IMG/VR virus record: IMGVR_UViG_2913147268_000006
Coordinates: 1 to 39,374 of that record
DNA length: 39,374 nucleotides
Direction: 5' to 3' (one strand)
Source of the DNA: a virus
Lineage: Duplodnaviria > Heunggongvirae > Uroviricota > Caudoviricetes
Shown here piece by piece: positions 1 to 10,694 of this stretch. A program made the translations under genes and the position numbers. Each line of letters opens with the position of its first letter. Position 1 is the first letter of the stretch. Below the pieces are notes generated by a model. That model had not been told where the DNA came from. It did not search any database and worked only from the letters and a program-made list of their open reading frames with translations.

Positions 1-2376
1 TCACTGGCCAGACAGCGATGCCAGCATGAAATAATGCAGCTCATCATTCCTTACAGACATTATTTCACCAGCCTCCCTGACCAGCTTGCGCTCTCCGGTA
101 TCGTATTCTTCCATTGTAAGGAGTCCGTCAGGACCAAGCTCCATACGAGTCCCGTAAACCACTTCATATTCCGCCGGATATTCATCACGACACAAAATAC
201 CGTAATCAAAAGCGTCCAGCCCTTCCTCAGAGAAGACCTTCTGTACGTCCTGAGCAATCACTCCTACATGCCATCTGGCTGCGTTCCCTTTGCTGGACAC
301 TGCATCTCTGAAACGGAACCGACAGATATACCCGAGCAGCTTTCTGGCAACCCTTTTTTCTGCATCCGACAGAATTGTTTCGTCCTGTTTATGAGTCCGG
401 TCTGATGTACTGATACTTCCCGTAGCTGAATAAACCTGTGCGGGTCGCCATGAGGCATAACCGATCGAATACGTATTATCTGTATAAGGGCGGAGATTTC
501 CTGATGAATCTATGCGCCATCTCTTTTCTCCTCCTGTGGCATTTGCATCCTGATTCGTTGCAAAATCAATCACTGTCGCTGACCTGAACACAGATGAACC
601 ACCGCCAATTACCAGCGTGTTATTCCCCTCTGATGCCTGTTGGTCAACTACCAGTATTTTATCCTGATTTTTACCTGAACCACTTTTCGAGGCAGCGATA
701 ATACGATTAAACTGATCCTCACCATCGCTCTTTTGTGCGATGGTGATAACATTGGACCAGATTGCCTCTCTTTGTCGCTGAAAACCATATTCTCCGCTGT
801 CTGTAGTGACAGCTTTATATTTTATTCCACCTTCAGCTGACTCCTGCGTTATATAGAATGTCTGGTTATTAGCATTCTTGATGAACACATAATTGTCAGC
901 AGGAATGTCATTTCCACTCAGATCTTTAATCGGTGTCGTGGTTGTATGCAGACAAAACCATTTCTGACTCACAGAACGCATATATGCCAGAATTTCAGAC
1001 AGGGATGTGAATACCGTCCCCAACACCGGGTTTACCAACCCCTGGGCACTACGGGGAAATGTTCCAATACTGGCATGAGACACATCAAACCCCGTGTACA
1101 ACCAGGCTGCCTGACGAAAATCAATAGCATCTCTGCCAGTACTGAACTCTTTCATCAGAACAATTCCTTTCTGATAAGCCTGTGGTAACCCACGCTCCAG
1201 AAAGATATAAAGCGAATATATACTGCCGCCGTCGTCAGAAATACAAATTCCTTCGTTCTCAATGCGCGAAGGTGTAAAACCCTGCCTGGTAAGCACATCT
1301 ATCATTTTTTGGGGATGAAGAATGGATTCCTGCTGCTTTACTCCATCCGGAGAAAAGACCTTAACCCCCTGAAACTGGTTAAATCCGGCTGATGCCCCGG
1401 TATTAAAATAGCCACCATAAGAACAGGCAATATAATCGTCTCCCACAGCAATTCCCTGACGTTTTGTGAAGCGTCTTGCATAGCTGTCTGTGCTTTCCGT
1501 GATATATCCGGAATCATGCAACGGTAATGTGAATGTCCCTGTCCGACGAAACTGAAAATCATACACCGCAAATACTGTGCGGGTGATCAGGCCTCCCACT
1601 TCCGGCGCTGACTGTTCAACCACCCAGCGGTTTTTACGATAGCTGAACTGGTTGTAAACACCGACATCATGTTCATCAATTAACGGCAATACTGAACCAG
1701 AAATTGCCCCATCAAGCGAAAACTGTTTCAGTAATCCATTTTCTCCTGACATGAACAAACGTAATCCACCGTAATCCGTTGTCACCACAAGGCCTTCGCT
1801 GACAACGCCACGACCTCCATTATCGACATAATAATATCCCTCATATTCGCCGGATGTTGTGTACTGAACTATAACGTTCCGTGTCTGCTTTGGCTCAACG
1901 GTATAACTCAGATAGATTTTTTCTCCTGTCACCACAAATCCCTGTGGATACATATATTCCGCACCAGACTGAGCAGCCAGCACCGTATCGTAGTCTGGGA
2001 ATAATAACGGCAATTCCATTAAGACACTACGGGAATGGTTAGTGTACAGATTGTTCAATGAACCAGCTTTTACATCCTGTAACCCCAGATTTTCAAGAGC
2101 GCGTTCTACCGTGCCATCCGATTTGATATCGCCAAACGGATTTTTGCGGCTTAACAGCAGCGCACGAAGCGCGGTAAGCAGCTGGTCGTGCCGCGCCTTC
2201 TCCAGACTGGCACCGGAGGCCTCCACCACGCTGCAAAGTTCTTCCTGCAACATGTCAAAGTAGTCATCATCCAGATCGGTGGCAGGCGTGCCGGTCTGGG
2301 GGTTACCACGGGTAAAACCGTTCTTACCCGCGCCGAACTTATCCTTCTGCGCGGTTTTCGTGTCTATACGATGCAT
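1..2376 (-). CDS. Tail fiber / tailspike protein with C-terminal intramolecular chaperone (peptidase S74-like) domain
   Basis: 791 aa; C-terminal segment with SDRTHK and HVGVIAQDV motifs typical of self-cleaving chaperone domains; sits at the distal end of the tail module. Confidence 0.65.
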   Translation of the reverse strand: MHRIDTKTAQKDKFGAGKNGFTRGNPQTGTPATDLDDDYFDMLQEELCSVVEASGASLEKARHDQLLTALRALLLSRKNPFGDIKSDGTVERALENLGLQDVKAGSLNNLYTNHSRSVLMELPLLFPDYDTVLAAQSGAEYMYPQGFVVTGEKIYLSYTVEPKQTRNVIVQYTTSGEYEGYYYVDNGGRGVVSEGLVVTTDYGGLRLFMSGENGLLKQFSLDGAISGSVLPLIDEHDVGVYNQFSYRKNRWVVEQSAPEVGGLITRTVFAVYDFQFRRTGTFTLPLHDSGYITESTDSYARRFTKRQGIAVGDDYIACSYGGYFNTGASAGFNQFQGVKVFSPDGVKQQESILHPQKMIDVLTRQGFTPSRIENEGICISDDGGSIYSLYIFLERGLPQAYQKGIVLMKEFSTGRDAIDFRQAAWLYTGFDVSHASIGTFPRSAQGLVNPVLGTVFTSLSEILAYMRSVSQKWFCLHTTTTPIKDLSGNDIPADNYVFIKNANNQTFYITQESAEGGIKYKAVTTDSGEYGFQRQREAIWSNVITIAQKSDGEDQFNRIIAASKSGSGKNQDKILVVDQQASEGNNTLVIGGGSSVFRSATVIDFATNQDANATGGEKRWRIDSSGNLRPYTDNTYSIGYASWRPAQVYSATGSISTSDRTHKQDETILSDAEKRVARKLLGYICRFRFRDAVSSKGNAARWHVGVIAQDVQKVFSEEGLDAFDYGILCRDEYPAEYEVVYGTRMELGPDGLLTMEEYDTGERKLVREAGEIMSVRNDELHYFMLASLSGQ

Positions 2377-2379
2377 GGA

Positions 2380-2964
2380 TTACTCCGGATATTTGAAAAT
2401 TACGTAGGTATGCGAAGGGCAGAGTTTGTTAAGCACGCACTCGACAACGGTATCGCCCCAGATACGCAGTGCGGAATCACAGGGATCGCCACATGTCATC
2501 CAGGTGGTGTTGGTGGCGGCTGGCATGTTGACCTGCCAGTAATACCGCCATTCCGTCGCATTCACTGCGTCAGTACAGGCCGATGAGCAGGTGAACGTGC
2601 TTTTGTCGTATCGCGTGATGGTGGCGTCTGGTCTGCCCAGGGCAGCAAGCTGTGCAAGGTAAAAATCCTCATTGATGCCGCCCGCCAGATTAACCTTCGC
2701 ATCCAGCCGTTGCTGACGCTGGCGAAGGGTCTGCGTTCCCGCCGGAATACATTCATCCGGCAGGCCGCACAGACGCTCCCAGCGGTTTATCAGTTCAGTG
2801 GTGGTGCGCGGATCCAGCTCCCGCATCAGGGCATCCGCACGCTGATGAACGCGGGTTAATGACGGTGCCGCACCGGCAATCGCTGGATCGCTGGATGACC
2901 ACGCCGGACCGGGGGGCAACAGTGCCGACAACAGACGGATGTAATCATCGTTTGTCACGTCCAT
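2380..2964 (-). CDS. Mu gp48-like tail protein (DUF2313 / YmfQ-like)
   Basis: 194 aa; family resemblance and position between baseplate J and tail fiber. Confidence 0.65.
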   Translation of the reverse strand: MDVTNDDYIRLLSALLPPGPAWSSSDPAIAGAAPSLTRVHQRADALMRELDPRTTTELINRWERLCGLPDECIPAGTQTLRQRQQRLDAKVNLAGGINEDFYLAQLAALGRPDATITRYDKSTFTCSSACTDAVNATEWRYYWQVNMPAATNTTWMTCGDPCDSALRIWGDTVVECVLNKLCPSHTYVIFKYPE

Positions 2965-4013
2965 GAAATCGTCCCCAGTACCGCCAGTTCATTTTTTGCA
3001 ATGGAGATATTGTCTGCCGGTGCAAGCAACTGATGGCTGTATTCCCCGTTCGCACCGGAAATCGCTTCACTGATACGCGACACCTTCAGTTCTCCCTGCG
3101 GATAACCATCACGCAGCAGGAACGAACGCAACTCGGCGGTGATGGCAGCCCGTATTTCCGGTGTGTCCGGCGTCACGCGGATATGAAAATCCACTTTATG
3201 CGCCACCGGCCTGAATACATATAAATCAGAGCCTGCCACCGGGGCCAGTGGCCCGATATGTTGTCTTGCCGCCGTTTCCGTTGATTCTTCCGGAATGGGA
3301 TTAATCAGGTCACTGCTGGCAATCATCACACCGACAGTTCCCGTTCCCATCCAGTGACGGTATGTCCATGCGCGGGTAATGCCGGGCACTTCTTTAGCCC
3401 AGACGACATAGTCCCCGTCAGCCCCGCCCTGCGGCGTCCAGTAATACCGCTCAATGACGCGGGCGCGCCACGTTTCCAGATCTTCAGTATCGAATCCGCC
3501 AGTCAGGGTATCTGCAACACCGGAAGACGGCAGACCATTCACCGGCGTGACCAGGATTAATGCCGTACCGTCGTCAGCGTTACCGACCGCGCCTGTAGTT
3601 GAGCAAGTGATCGGCGCACGCAGGACACCACCGGAGCTGGTTGCATCGGCAGTTGCCGTGTACTGAACCAGGTCATCGCGCTGAATCACGCTCCCGGCAG
3701 TCACCTTCAGGCCATCGCTGACACCTTCCCAGCGCATATACCCGCTGGCAGCCGTGGCCCCCTTGCGCGGACACCGTTTCATCGCAGCATGTCGTGCCAG
3801 CCAGGACTCATCGCACAGGTCAGGCAGCATATTCATTGCCAGATAATCGATGTACCCATAAACCGTATGCAGCGCCGCCGCATACACCTTTGCCCGCACG
3901 TCTTCATCCATGCGCCGGAGCGTGTCGCTGACGTCCAGCCTGGCGAATAAATCGTTACGGAGCATACTGATATTTTCTGCCAGCGTCGGGCGCTGAAATT
4001 CACTGTCCGCCAT
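2955..4013 (-). CDS. Baseplate J-like protein (Mu gp47-like)
   Basis: 352 aa; position in conserved Mu-type baseplate gene order. Confidence 0.75.
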   Translation of the reverse strand: MADSEFQRPTLAENISMLRNDLFARLDVSDTLRRMDEDVRAKVYAAALHTVYGYIDYLAMNMLPDLCDESWLARHAAMKRCPRKGATAASGYMRWEGVSDGLKVTAGSVIQRDDLVQYTATADATSSGGVLRAPITCSTTGAVGNADDGTALILVTPVNGLPSSGVADTLTGGFDTEDLETWRARVIERYYWTPQGGADGDYVVWAKEVPGITRAWTYRHWMGTGTVGVMIASSDLINPIPEESTETAARQHIGPLAPVAGSDLYVFRPVAHKVDFHIRVTPDTPEIRAAITAELRSFLLRDGYPQGELKVSRISEAISGANGEYSHQLLAPADNISIAKNELAVLGTISWT

Positions 4014-4428
4014 GCGTTATCGCACTCCACAGATCATCAAAAGAAATCATTACCGGTCCGTCACGACGCCAGAGAGTGATACTGTTACCCAGTTCATTAA
4101 TCCCGGTGCGGCGGATATCCAGATCAATACGGGACACCACGCCGTCATCAATCATCCATTGCAGGCATTCGCGGATATACCCCCTTACCGTCTGCACCAG
4201 CTGATTGGTCAGTTTGCTGCGCTGAAGCAGCCACAGCCGGGAGCCGTAACGGTCATTCTGTACCGCAGGCCAGGTATCCCCCCACCATCCCATCGGGACG
4301 TCGGCGTTGTCATCAGGCTCCGCCCGCCGCCAGGTAAACAGGGAAATCACCACGGCGCGGGTCAGCGGATCCAGCGGTGCGCTGGCGCAGGTGCGTTTAC
4401 CGTTCACCGTCAGCCACAGTTCCATCAT
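4000..4428 (-). CDS. Mu gp46-like baseplate protein
   Basis: 142 aa; overlapping stop/start with neighbours in baseplate operon. Confidence 0.65.
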   Translation of the reverse strand: MMELWLTVNGKRTCASAPLDPLTRAVVISLFTWRRAEPDDNADVPMGWWGDTWPAVQNDRYGSRLWLLQRSKLTNQLVQTVRGYIRECLQWMIDDGVVSRIDLDIRRTGINELGNSITLWRRDGPVMISFDDLWSAITHGGQ

Positions 4429-4973
4429 GCCTCCATCGCTTTATCCGGTTTGTCGGTGTTACTGCCCTGACCGTTCTCTCTGTGACGATGCCCGTTATAG
4501 GCAAGCCGCATCGCTGACATGGTGGTGCCGCCGGAGTCGCACAGGTCTTTCACCTGTCCTGTCACTTCCAGGTCCATTTCAAAACGTGCTTTAGGTGAAT
4601 TGCGAAACGTGATCGTTTTACCTGCACCGTCCACCACGATCCCCTCCCGGGTCAGCGTCACGGACTGCCCCTGATCGTCATAGACAGCCACCTCACCCGT
4701 CTGCAGTCCTTTCAGGCGGTAGCGCCGGTCCGACACCGTAACAACCACCGCATGAGAACGGTCGCCATCCGGAAACAACACCACCGCTTCCGCACCGCTG
4801 TTTGCCCTTGCGGTAAAACCGTAGGGTTCAAGATGTTCAACCCCGGCTTTGGGTTCACCGGCAATCAGGGACACATCCACGGTCTGACATTTCGTGGCGG
4901 CACTGATGCTTTTCACCACGGCCCGCCCAATCAGGCCGAGTAGTTGTCGCTGCATGGCTTCAATCGCCCTCAT
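4425..4973 (-). CDS. Baseplate assembly protein V-like (Mu gp45-like spike)
   Basis: 182 aa; gpV-like N-terminal region. Confidence 0.7.
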   Translation of the reverse strand: MRAIEAMQRQLLGLIGRAVVKSISAATKCQTVDVSLIAGEPKAGVEHLEPYGFTARANSGAEAVVLFPDGDRSHAVVVTVSDRRYRLKGLQTGEVAVYDDQGQSVTLTREGIVVDGAGKTITFRNSPKARFEMDLEVTGQVKDLCDSGGTTMSAMRLAYNGHRHRENGQGSNTDKPDKAMEA

Positions 4974-6052
4974 CAGAACGGGTCCTCCTGTACTCTGGCT
5001 TTTTTCTTTTTCCGCGCGCCGGGGTCTTCGGGTTCAGGCAGATAAGCATCAGGCGGGCCGACACGGATTTCCGTCAGGGTGCCGTTCTGGTCCTGAGTAA
5101 ACGTGACTTCCGAGACAAGCAGTTCGGTATTGTCAAAACCACAGACCGGATCAAAGACAATCACCCGCTGGTTGGGCTGCCACAGCGTACCGTTACCCTG
5201 TCGCCAGCCCTGCACCACATAGGTGGTTTCATCCGTCCGCGCCGCCCGTTGTCGGGCTTCAAAGTCAGCACGCGCAATACAGCCTGCCCCCGTAGCCTGC
5301 CCTGTCTGCCTGATATACATCGGACGGTAACGGGCAATAAATGCGTCCTCTGTGCGGGCCCGCAGCGCGGTGGTGGTGGCCTCACCGAAATCATCGTCGT
5401 TTCCGGCACGCTGCCCCGCCACCTGGTAAACAGAAAACCGCTCCCGGATACTCTTCTCCGTATCACAGGAAAGGATATTTTCCCCAAGTACCAGCGCGGT
5501 ATGTGCCCGCGTTGAGCCAATACCGCCAATCACCAGCCTGCCGTGCGGGTCGTCGTAAGCCAGTGCCTGCTGCTGACCGAGTATTTTGTTGATTACCTCA
5601 ATCACCGTTTCACCGTGATCAGGCTGAACATCAGGAATAACACCCGATGGCGCACCGCTGTTCACCACCTCAATGCCGAAAGGCGCAGCAAGCGCCTGCG
5701 CAATCTGCACCAGCGAGCGTCCGTTAAACTGTGTCGGTTCGGCTGCACAGTCAATCAGGTCAGCCGTCAGACTACGTCCGGCAATACCGGTGCTGACCGA
5801 ACGGGCATCGTAATGAACGGGAGTCGCCTCCACCCAGCCGGTGATCACCAGCTCATCACCAATCAGCACTTCCACTTTTGAACCGTTTTTAATGCGCGGC
5901 TGAAGCGTGGTGATACCCTCATCACCCGGCCACTGGCGGGTGATCTCCACACTGAAATCCCGCGCCAGCCGTTCAATACCGGCACCGATGCGCACCGATG
6001 TCCAGCCATTCCACTCCCGGCCATTTACCCGTAGCGTGACATTGTCGTTCAT
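4973..6052 (-). CDS. Mu gp44-like baseplate hub / tail protein
   Basis: 359 aa; position between DNA circulation protein and gpV homologue. Confidence 0.6.
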   Translation of the reverse strand: MNDNVTLRVNGREWNGWTSVRIGAGIERLARDFSVEITRQWPGDEGITTLQPRIKNGSKVEVLIGDELVITGWVEATPVHYDARSVSTGIAGRSLTADLIDCAAEPTQFNGRSLVQIAQALAAPFGIEVVNSGAPSGVIPDVQPDHGETVIEVINKILGQQQALAYDDPHGRLVIGGIGSTRAHTALVLGENILSCDTEKSIRERFSVYQVAGQRAGNDDDFGEATTTALRARTEDAFIARYRPMYIRQTGQATGAGCIARADFEARQRAARTDETTYVVQGWRQGNGTLWQPNQRVIVFDPVCGFDNTELLVSEVTFTQDQNGTLTEIRVGPPDAYLPEPEDPGARKKKKARVQEDPF

Positions 6053-7422
6053 TGCACTGGCACCTTCAGAGGGATCACCGGCACAAAGCCGGGATGCGTA
6101 ATGGCATTACGCCGGATAATGTCCGCGTCACGCGCCGCGTTATCAAACCAGGTCGCCGCCAGCACCAGCGCGGGTAAAACCTCATCCGGTGTGCGCTGAA
6201 TGATCCGTGCAGACTGTTCAAGGCGCGTGTTGATATCCGCATTCAGATCTGCTTTCACCCGGCGCAGCGCCAGAAACAGCGCATCACTGGTTGTACGGGA
6301 CAACTCCTTATCAATTGCCGTATTCAGTGTGTCGCGAATGTCAGTCAGTTCTTCCCACGTCGGCAGGTCAACCGTGTTTTTCACCGCCGGTGCATTGTTC
6401 AGTGCCGGATGCGTGACGGCAGGCCAGCCAGTGCTCTGCGCGGGTGTTGTTGCCTGCCCCACTGCGGAATTCTGCATCACCGCGGAAGTTGTTGGCGCAG
6501 GCAATCGCGTGACGGCATACGCCGCTTCGCTGATTGCGGTCGTACGAAGGGTGCTGGCAACCACGTTACGCTGCTGCGTAGCCGTGGCGGTGGTTTTACT
6601 GTCCGTTTTCCAGACGCCGCGCGGTTGCAGATCGCTGCCGAGGCTGACACCGGAAAGCGTTTTGATCATGGTGACCAGGTCGCTGGCGTTACCATAAAGG
6701 CGTTTCCCGGTACGCCACATTTTCTGCACCTGCTCAACGAAATTTTTGCCTGACGATGGCGGCGGCAGAAGTACCGAGATATCCCCCTGCAACAGCCTGG
6801 CGGCATCCGATACGGTAGAATCCACCACTTTCATCGCATCAGAAACATACCCCAGCATTATGCTGGCATTACCGATAACGTCGTTCTGCACGAAATCCGC
6901 CACGCCATCGATACTGAAACCGCTGAAGCTGTCACTGATGCAGTCATCCAGTGCAGAACAGGATGACATCAGCGTCTGCGCCGTCGCCGCACCTGATGTG
7001 GGGTAAGAGAGTTCTCCCGCTTCGACAAACTTCAGGTCAAAGCGGACAATACGCCCTTCACTTTTCGATGTGCTGACCCGAACTTCCCCGTCAACACAGA
7101 CTTTCATCTCACCGTATGTCGGATGGACAAGCGTGCCGGGACCGGGTTTATTCAGCGCGTCAATCAGGCGATCGCGCTGGTCAAAGCAGTCATCTCCCAC
7201 CACATAAGCTGTGATGGACGGGCGGAAAGTGACTTTTCCCAGATCTTCGGTATAAGGCTTGTCGCGGTTCGGGTATTCATGTGTTTCCACACGGCGACCG
7301 GTTCCCGCACTTTCTTCTTCAACCTTAAACGGCACACCTCGAAATGATGCTTCAAGTAGCTTTTCACGCCAGCCACTTCGAGAATTAGAGGATAGGTACG
7401 AAGAAATATGAGAAAAATCCAT
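6049..7422 (-). CDS. DNA circulation protein (Mu gp43-like)
   Basis: 457 aa; N-terminal region typical of Mu gp43 family; downstream of tape measure. Confidence 0.65.
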   Translation of the reverse strand: MDFSHISSYLSSNSRSGWREKLLEASFRGVPFKVEEESAGTGRRVETHEYPNRDKPYTEDLGKVTFRPSITAYVVGDDCFDQRDRLIDALNKPGPGTLVHPTYGEMKVCVDGEVRVSTSKSEGRIVRFDLKFVEAGELSYPTSGAATAQTLMSSCSALDDCISDSFSGFSIDGVADFVQNDVIGNASIMLGYVSDAMKVVDSTVSDAARLLQGDISVLLPPPSSGKNFVEQVQKMWRTGKRLYGNASDLVTMIKTLSGVSLGSDLQPRGVWKTDSKTTATATQQRNVVASTLRTTAISEAAYAVTRLPAPTTSAVMQNSAVGQATTPAQSTGWPAVTHPALNNAPAVKNTVDLPTWEELTDIRDTLNTAIDKELSRTTSDALFLALRRVKADLNADINTRLEQSARIIQRTPDEVLPALVLAATWFDNAARDADIIRRNAITHPGFVPVIPLKVPVQ

Positions 7423-7440
7423 GGTGTCACCTCAAATAAA

Positions 7441-7470
7441 AACCGCGTGTAAACGCGGTTTTTTATTAGG
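7441..7470 (-). terminator. Intrinsic terminator downstream of cargo ORF 7479-7967
   Basis: Palindrome aaccgcg-tgtaaa-cgcggtt flanked by A/T runs on both sides. Confidence 0.5.
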
Positions 7471-7478
7471 TAATAAAA

Positions 7479-7967
7479 TTAAAGATCATAATCAACATTA
7501 TGAGTATCTATTCTACATGATGAATAAGTAATTCCGCTTTCACCACTAATATTTACGCCAGCCTTTACCTTCCCTGATTTCGTAACATCAACAAAGAATT
7601 GCCCTCTTGGCATTTTAAATGCAAAAGAGAAACCAATAATTTCCGAGTCAAAGTTATTTTCATCCTCACTAATTGGTACAATAAAAGCCAATGGTGCAGA
7701 TTGTGAGTTATTTTCAAAATCAAAAACACCAATACCTTTATTAAACTCGTAGGATGCTTTTTTTATTAAAAGAGTTCCACTTGCCGACTTTGCTGGGCAT
7801 ATTACAGACAGTCTATTTATTCCACCTACATCTAGATCTATATTCTTATCTGCTGAAGTTTTAACGTTATCTATAAAGTATGTAGCAAGCTGCTTTTCCG
7901 TTACTGGCTTCGCAAAGGAGTTTAATGGCAGTCCTGCAGCCAACAACAATATAAACATTTTCTTCAT
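7479..7967 (-). CDS. Secreted protein of unknown function (cargo gene inside tail module)
   Basis: Start taken at MKKMFILLLAAGLPLNSFA (12 codons inside track ORF 7479-8000); AGGAGA Shine-Dalgarno upstream; signal-peptidase I type signal peptide, two Cys; strongly AT-rich versus flanking tail genes. Confidence 0.6.
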   Translation of the reverse strand: MKKMFILLLAAGLPLNSFAKPVTEKQLATYFIDNVKTSADKNIDLDVGGINRLSVICPAKSASGTLLIKKASYEFNKGIGVFDFENNSQSAPLAFIVPISEDENNFDSEIIGFSFAFKMPRGQFFVDVTKSGKVKAGVNISGESGITYSSCRIDTHNVDYDL

Positions 7968-8002
7968 ATTCTCTCCTACATTCAGCACAAACTTTACCAC
8001 TC

Positions 8003-8033
8003 AATAACCCTACTTGATTAAAGTAGGGTTATT
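8003..8033. repeat. Perfect 13-bp inverted repeat (aataaccctactt / aagtagggttatt, 5-nt loop)
   Basis: Seen directly; overlaps stop codon of tape measure gene, immediately upstream of cargo ORF. Confidence 0.6.
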
Positions 8034-9933
8034 ATCGCCTGAATGGAGAATACCCCACATCGTGCGTGATTTTCATCAGGGGATCGGCTTTGCCCGGTAC
8101 ATCAATTATCTTCATGCCTGGCGGAGCATTCTCGAACGTGACTTTCAGTTCGCTGTGCTGTGTCATGGAAGAAGATGGATTCAACAGCGGAACATTGGGT
8201 TTGTACTGACTCAGGCTGGCCTGATACTGCTCGTACTCTTTACGATCAAAAAAAGGCGTCCAGTCTGAAGCCAGAAACAGCCCTTTATTATCCAGCCAGT
8301 TAACTGTATCTTCAGGAACAACACTTTCCAGAGTATCTTTAACCGGCTCATACATCAGGGTTCCCAGAAAACCATATACCCCGGCCTTCCCGATAAAGCC
8401 GCGGCCTTTCCCCATCAATCCCGTTTCTGCCGACACCTTCCCCAGCGTACGCATCTCTCTGGTCACTGCGGTAATGGATTTGGTAACGTCAGCAACCCAT
8501 TTGGTTGTCATAAACAGGGCGATCGCTTTCAGAACAGTTTCCCATCCCCCCATCGCCTGCGCCGTTTCATCCACCACGCGCCAGACTTTTTTTATGACAG
8601 GACCTACGGTTTCCCAGTTATCAATAATGAGGTAAGCGGCACCGACCAGAAGAGCAATCAGACCCTTAGCAGGCGTCATATTCATCACACCGCCGAGAAC
8701 TTTCATGATTCTGGACAAAGAGCCTGCAGCGGCCCCCACTGTCAGTAAAGCCAGACCGATTTTAGCAATGGTCTTAACGAGCTCCGGGTTTTCACGGACA
8801 AACGTTCTCACTTCCTCAAGGAGCGGTTTTACCGCTTCAAGACCATCATTAACCTCAGGAAGAAACGTTTCCCCCAGAGTGGAAGAAATGGCATCAAGTT
8901 GATTTTGCAGAAGTAAAAGCTGGTTTTCCGTCGTCGCTGCCCTCGAAGCATATTCCTTCTGCATCGAACTGCCATACTGCTGGGAATCCGCAACCCGCCT
9001 GAAGTTGGTACGCAACAAATCAAGGTTAGTCAGCAGAGGTGCTATCGCGCCCAGAGACTCTTTCCCGAACAGGGCATTCAGCACAGCTGCCTGTTTTTCT
9101 TTAGGCACTTTAGCCATCGCATCCAGTACAGACAGCATGGTTCCCCGGGCATCTTTCTGCATATCAGCAGCTAATTTCTTCGGATTGATCCGCAGAAAAC
9201 GTAATGCCTGTTTCTGCGATTTTGTCGCTGAATTTCCCGCGGTCAGGGAAAGCATGAAGTTCTTGATCCCTGTGGCGGCAATTTCTGACTCCACGCCCAT
9301 CCCGGCAATGGTTGCCCCCATTGCCGCGATTTCGCCGGAAGCCACACCTGCAACACCACCTAAAGGACCAATACGCGTAACAATATCGGAGATTTTCTTC
9401 GCATTCGCCGGGCCGGTATTACCAAGGTAGTTGATTTTGTCAGCCAGCCCAGCCACTTCATCCTGCGTCATATTAAACGCAGTACGCCACTGGGCCATCA
9501 TCTGCCCGGACTCTTCAGCCGTGGTATCAAAGGCCACGCCCATCTTCACCGCATCAGTGGCAAACTGCATCAGTTCATCACGTGCAATCCCGGCCTGACC
9601 GCCAGCCGCCACAATTTCCGCGATCCCGTCTGCAGACATGGGAAGCTCAGTAGACAAAGCGCGTACCTGCTCCGTCATGGCCTTAAACGCATCCGGCGTA
9701 TCCAGACCGTCCACCACTTTGCGGACATCAGCCATCTTCGATTCAAGGGTGATGGCTGATTTTACAGGGAGTGCCAGTGCCCCCATTATTGCAGTACCCG
9801 CCCCGGCAGCGCCCAGAGCAAGGCTGGAGACTTCTTTCTGAAACCCCTTAAGCTGACGCTGCATACCTTTAAGCGGGCCGGACAGCCTGTCAACGGCGGT
9901 GATGATGGCTTTCAGCTGAAAATTATCAGCCAT
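8032..9933 (-). CDS. Tail tape measure protein
   Basis: 633 aa, Ala/Gly-rich with predicted hydrophobic segments; between tail chaperone and baseplate genes. Confidence 0.8.
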   Translation of the reverse strand: MADNFQLKAIITAVDRLSGPLKGMQRQLKGFQKEVSSLALGAAGAGTAIMGALALPVKSAITLESKMADVRKVVDGLDTPDAFKAMTEQVRALSTELPMSADGIAEIVAAGGQAGIARDELMQFATDAVKMGVAFDTTAEESGQMMAQWRTAFNMTQDEVAGLADKINYLGNTGPANAKKISDIVTRIGPLGGVAGVASGEIAAMGATIAGMGVESEIAATGIKNFMLSLTAGNSATKSQKQALRFLRINPKKLAADMQKDARGTMLSVLDAMAKVPKEKQAAVLNALFGKESLGAIAPLLTNLDLLRTNFRRVADSQQYGSSMQKEYASRAATTENQLLLLQNQLDAISSTLGETFLPEVNDGLEAVKPLLEEVRTFVRENPELVKTIAKIGLALLTVGAAAGSLSRIMKVLGGVMNMTPAKGLIALLVGAAYLIIDNWETVGPVIKKVWRVVDETAQAMGGWETVLKAIALFMTTKWVADVTKSITAVTREMRTLGKVSAETGLMGKGRGFIGKAGVYGFLGTLMYEPVKDTLESVVPEDTVNWLDNKGLFLASDWTPFFDRKEYEQYQASLSQYKPNVPLLNPSSSMTQHSELKVTFENAPPGMKIIDVPGKADPLMKITHDVGYSPFRR

Positions 9934-10017
9934 GCTTCATCTCCTCATTTATACGGACGGCCTCTGCCTCCAGATCAGCAAAGTGGGAAATAGCCGTCCT
10001 GCGAAGTTCAAGGGGGT

Positions 10018-10341
10018 TTAATTTCCAGAACCACGCGACATTGTAGAATCGCTTCCGGAGGTCTCTTCCGTCTCCAAGCCGGTAAAAAAACGCATTACAA
10101 TCATGCCTGCCTTGAAAATATCCAGCTTCGTCATCTGCGCTGCAGACGAGCGCGGGATCCCGGCCAGAAGCGGGATATATTTCAGCGCCACCTGACTGTC
10201 CATTTTCATACCACCATCAGGCGAAACAGAGAAAGGGAACCCCAGCGCCTCAATCTCGTCATACGTAGGCTCACGTATTTCCAGCACATGCAGTGTTTCT
10301 TTGTGGGCGATGATCGGTTTTTTAAGTACAAGCTCAATCAC
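10018..10341 (-). CDS. Tail assembly chaperone-like protein (Mu gp41 position)
   Basis: 107 aa; position between tail tube and tape measure. Confidence 0.5.
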   Translation of the reverse strand: MIELVLKKPIIAHKETLHVLEIREPTYDEIEALGFPFSVSPDGGMKMDSQVALKYIPLLAGIPRSSAAQMTKLDIFKAGMIVMRFFTGLETEETSGSDSTMSRGSGN

Positions 10342-10694
10342 TGGTAATCCCCTTCTTCACCGTGGAACTCAAGATCAACCGTGCCTTCTTCGGCATTATG
10401 GTTCGCTTCACCGTGCAGCCAGGCAGACGACAATACATAGACCTGACCGTTCGCCAGCTCGGCAGTGATGGTCATCTCATCAGACGAGGTGATTTTGCTC
10501 ACCGGAAAATTCTTCGGCACCTTGAAGGTCCCTTTGACATAAGGTGCACGGTGAGTTTCCTTGCGGTCCACTGAACCGTCCAGGCCGATGATGTCATCAT
10601 TTACCGTCCTGTTCATGGGCACCTCAATGCCGCCGGTCAGCGATAGCTGCTGACCGTCAATTTTGAAATAACAGGTTCCCCCGATACGGGCCAT
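10338..10694 (-). CDS. Tail tube protein
   Basis: 118 aa; immediately downstream of sheath gene. Confidence 0.7.
   Translation of the reverse strand: MARIGGTCYFKIDGQQLSLTGGIEVPMNRTVNDDIIGLDGSVDRKETHRAPYVKGTFKVPKNFPVSKITSSDEMTITAELANGQVYVLSSAWLHGEANHNAEEGTVDLEFHGEEGDYQ

Noticed and set aside
9005-9430. 141-aa plus-strand ORF inside tape measure region
   Set aside because: Antisense to the tape measure gene; Ala/Ser-rich composition typical of shadow frames.
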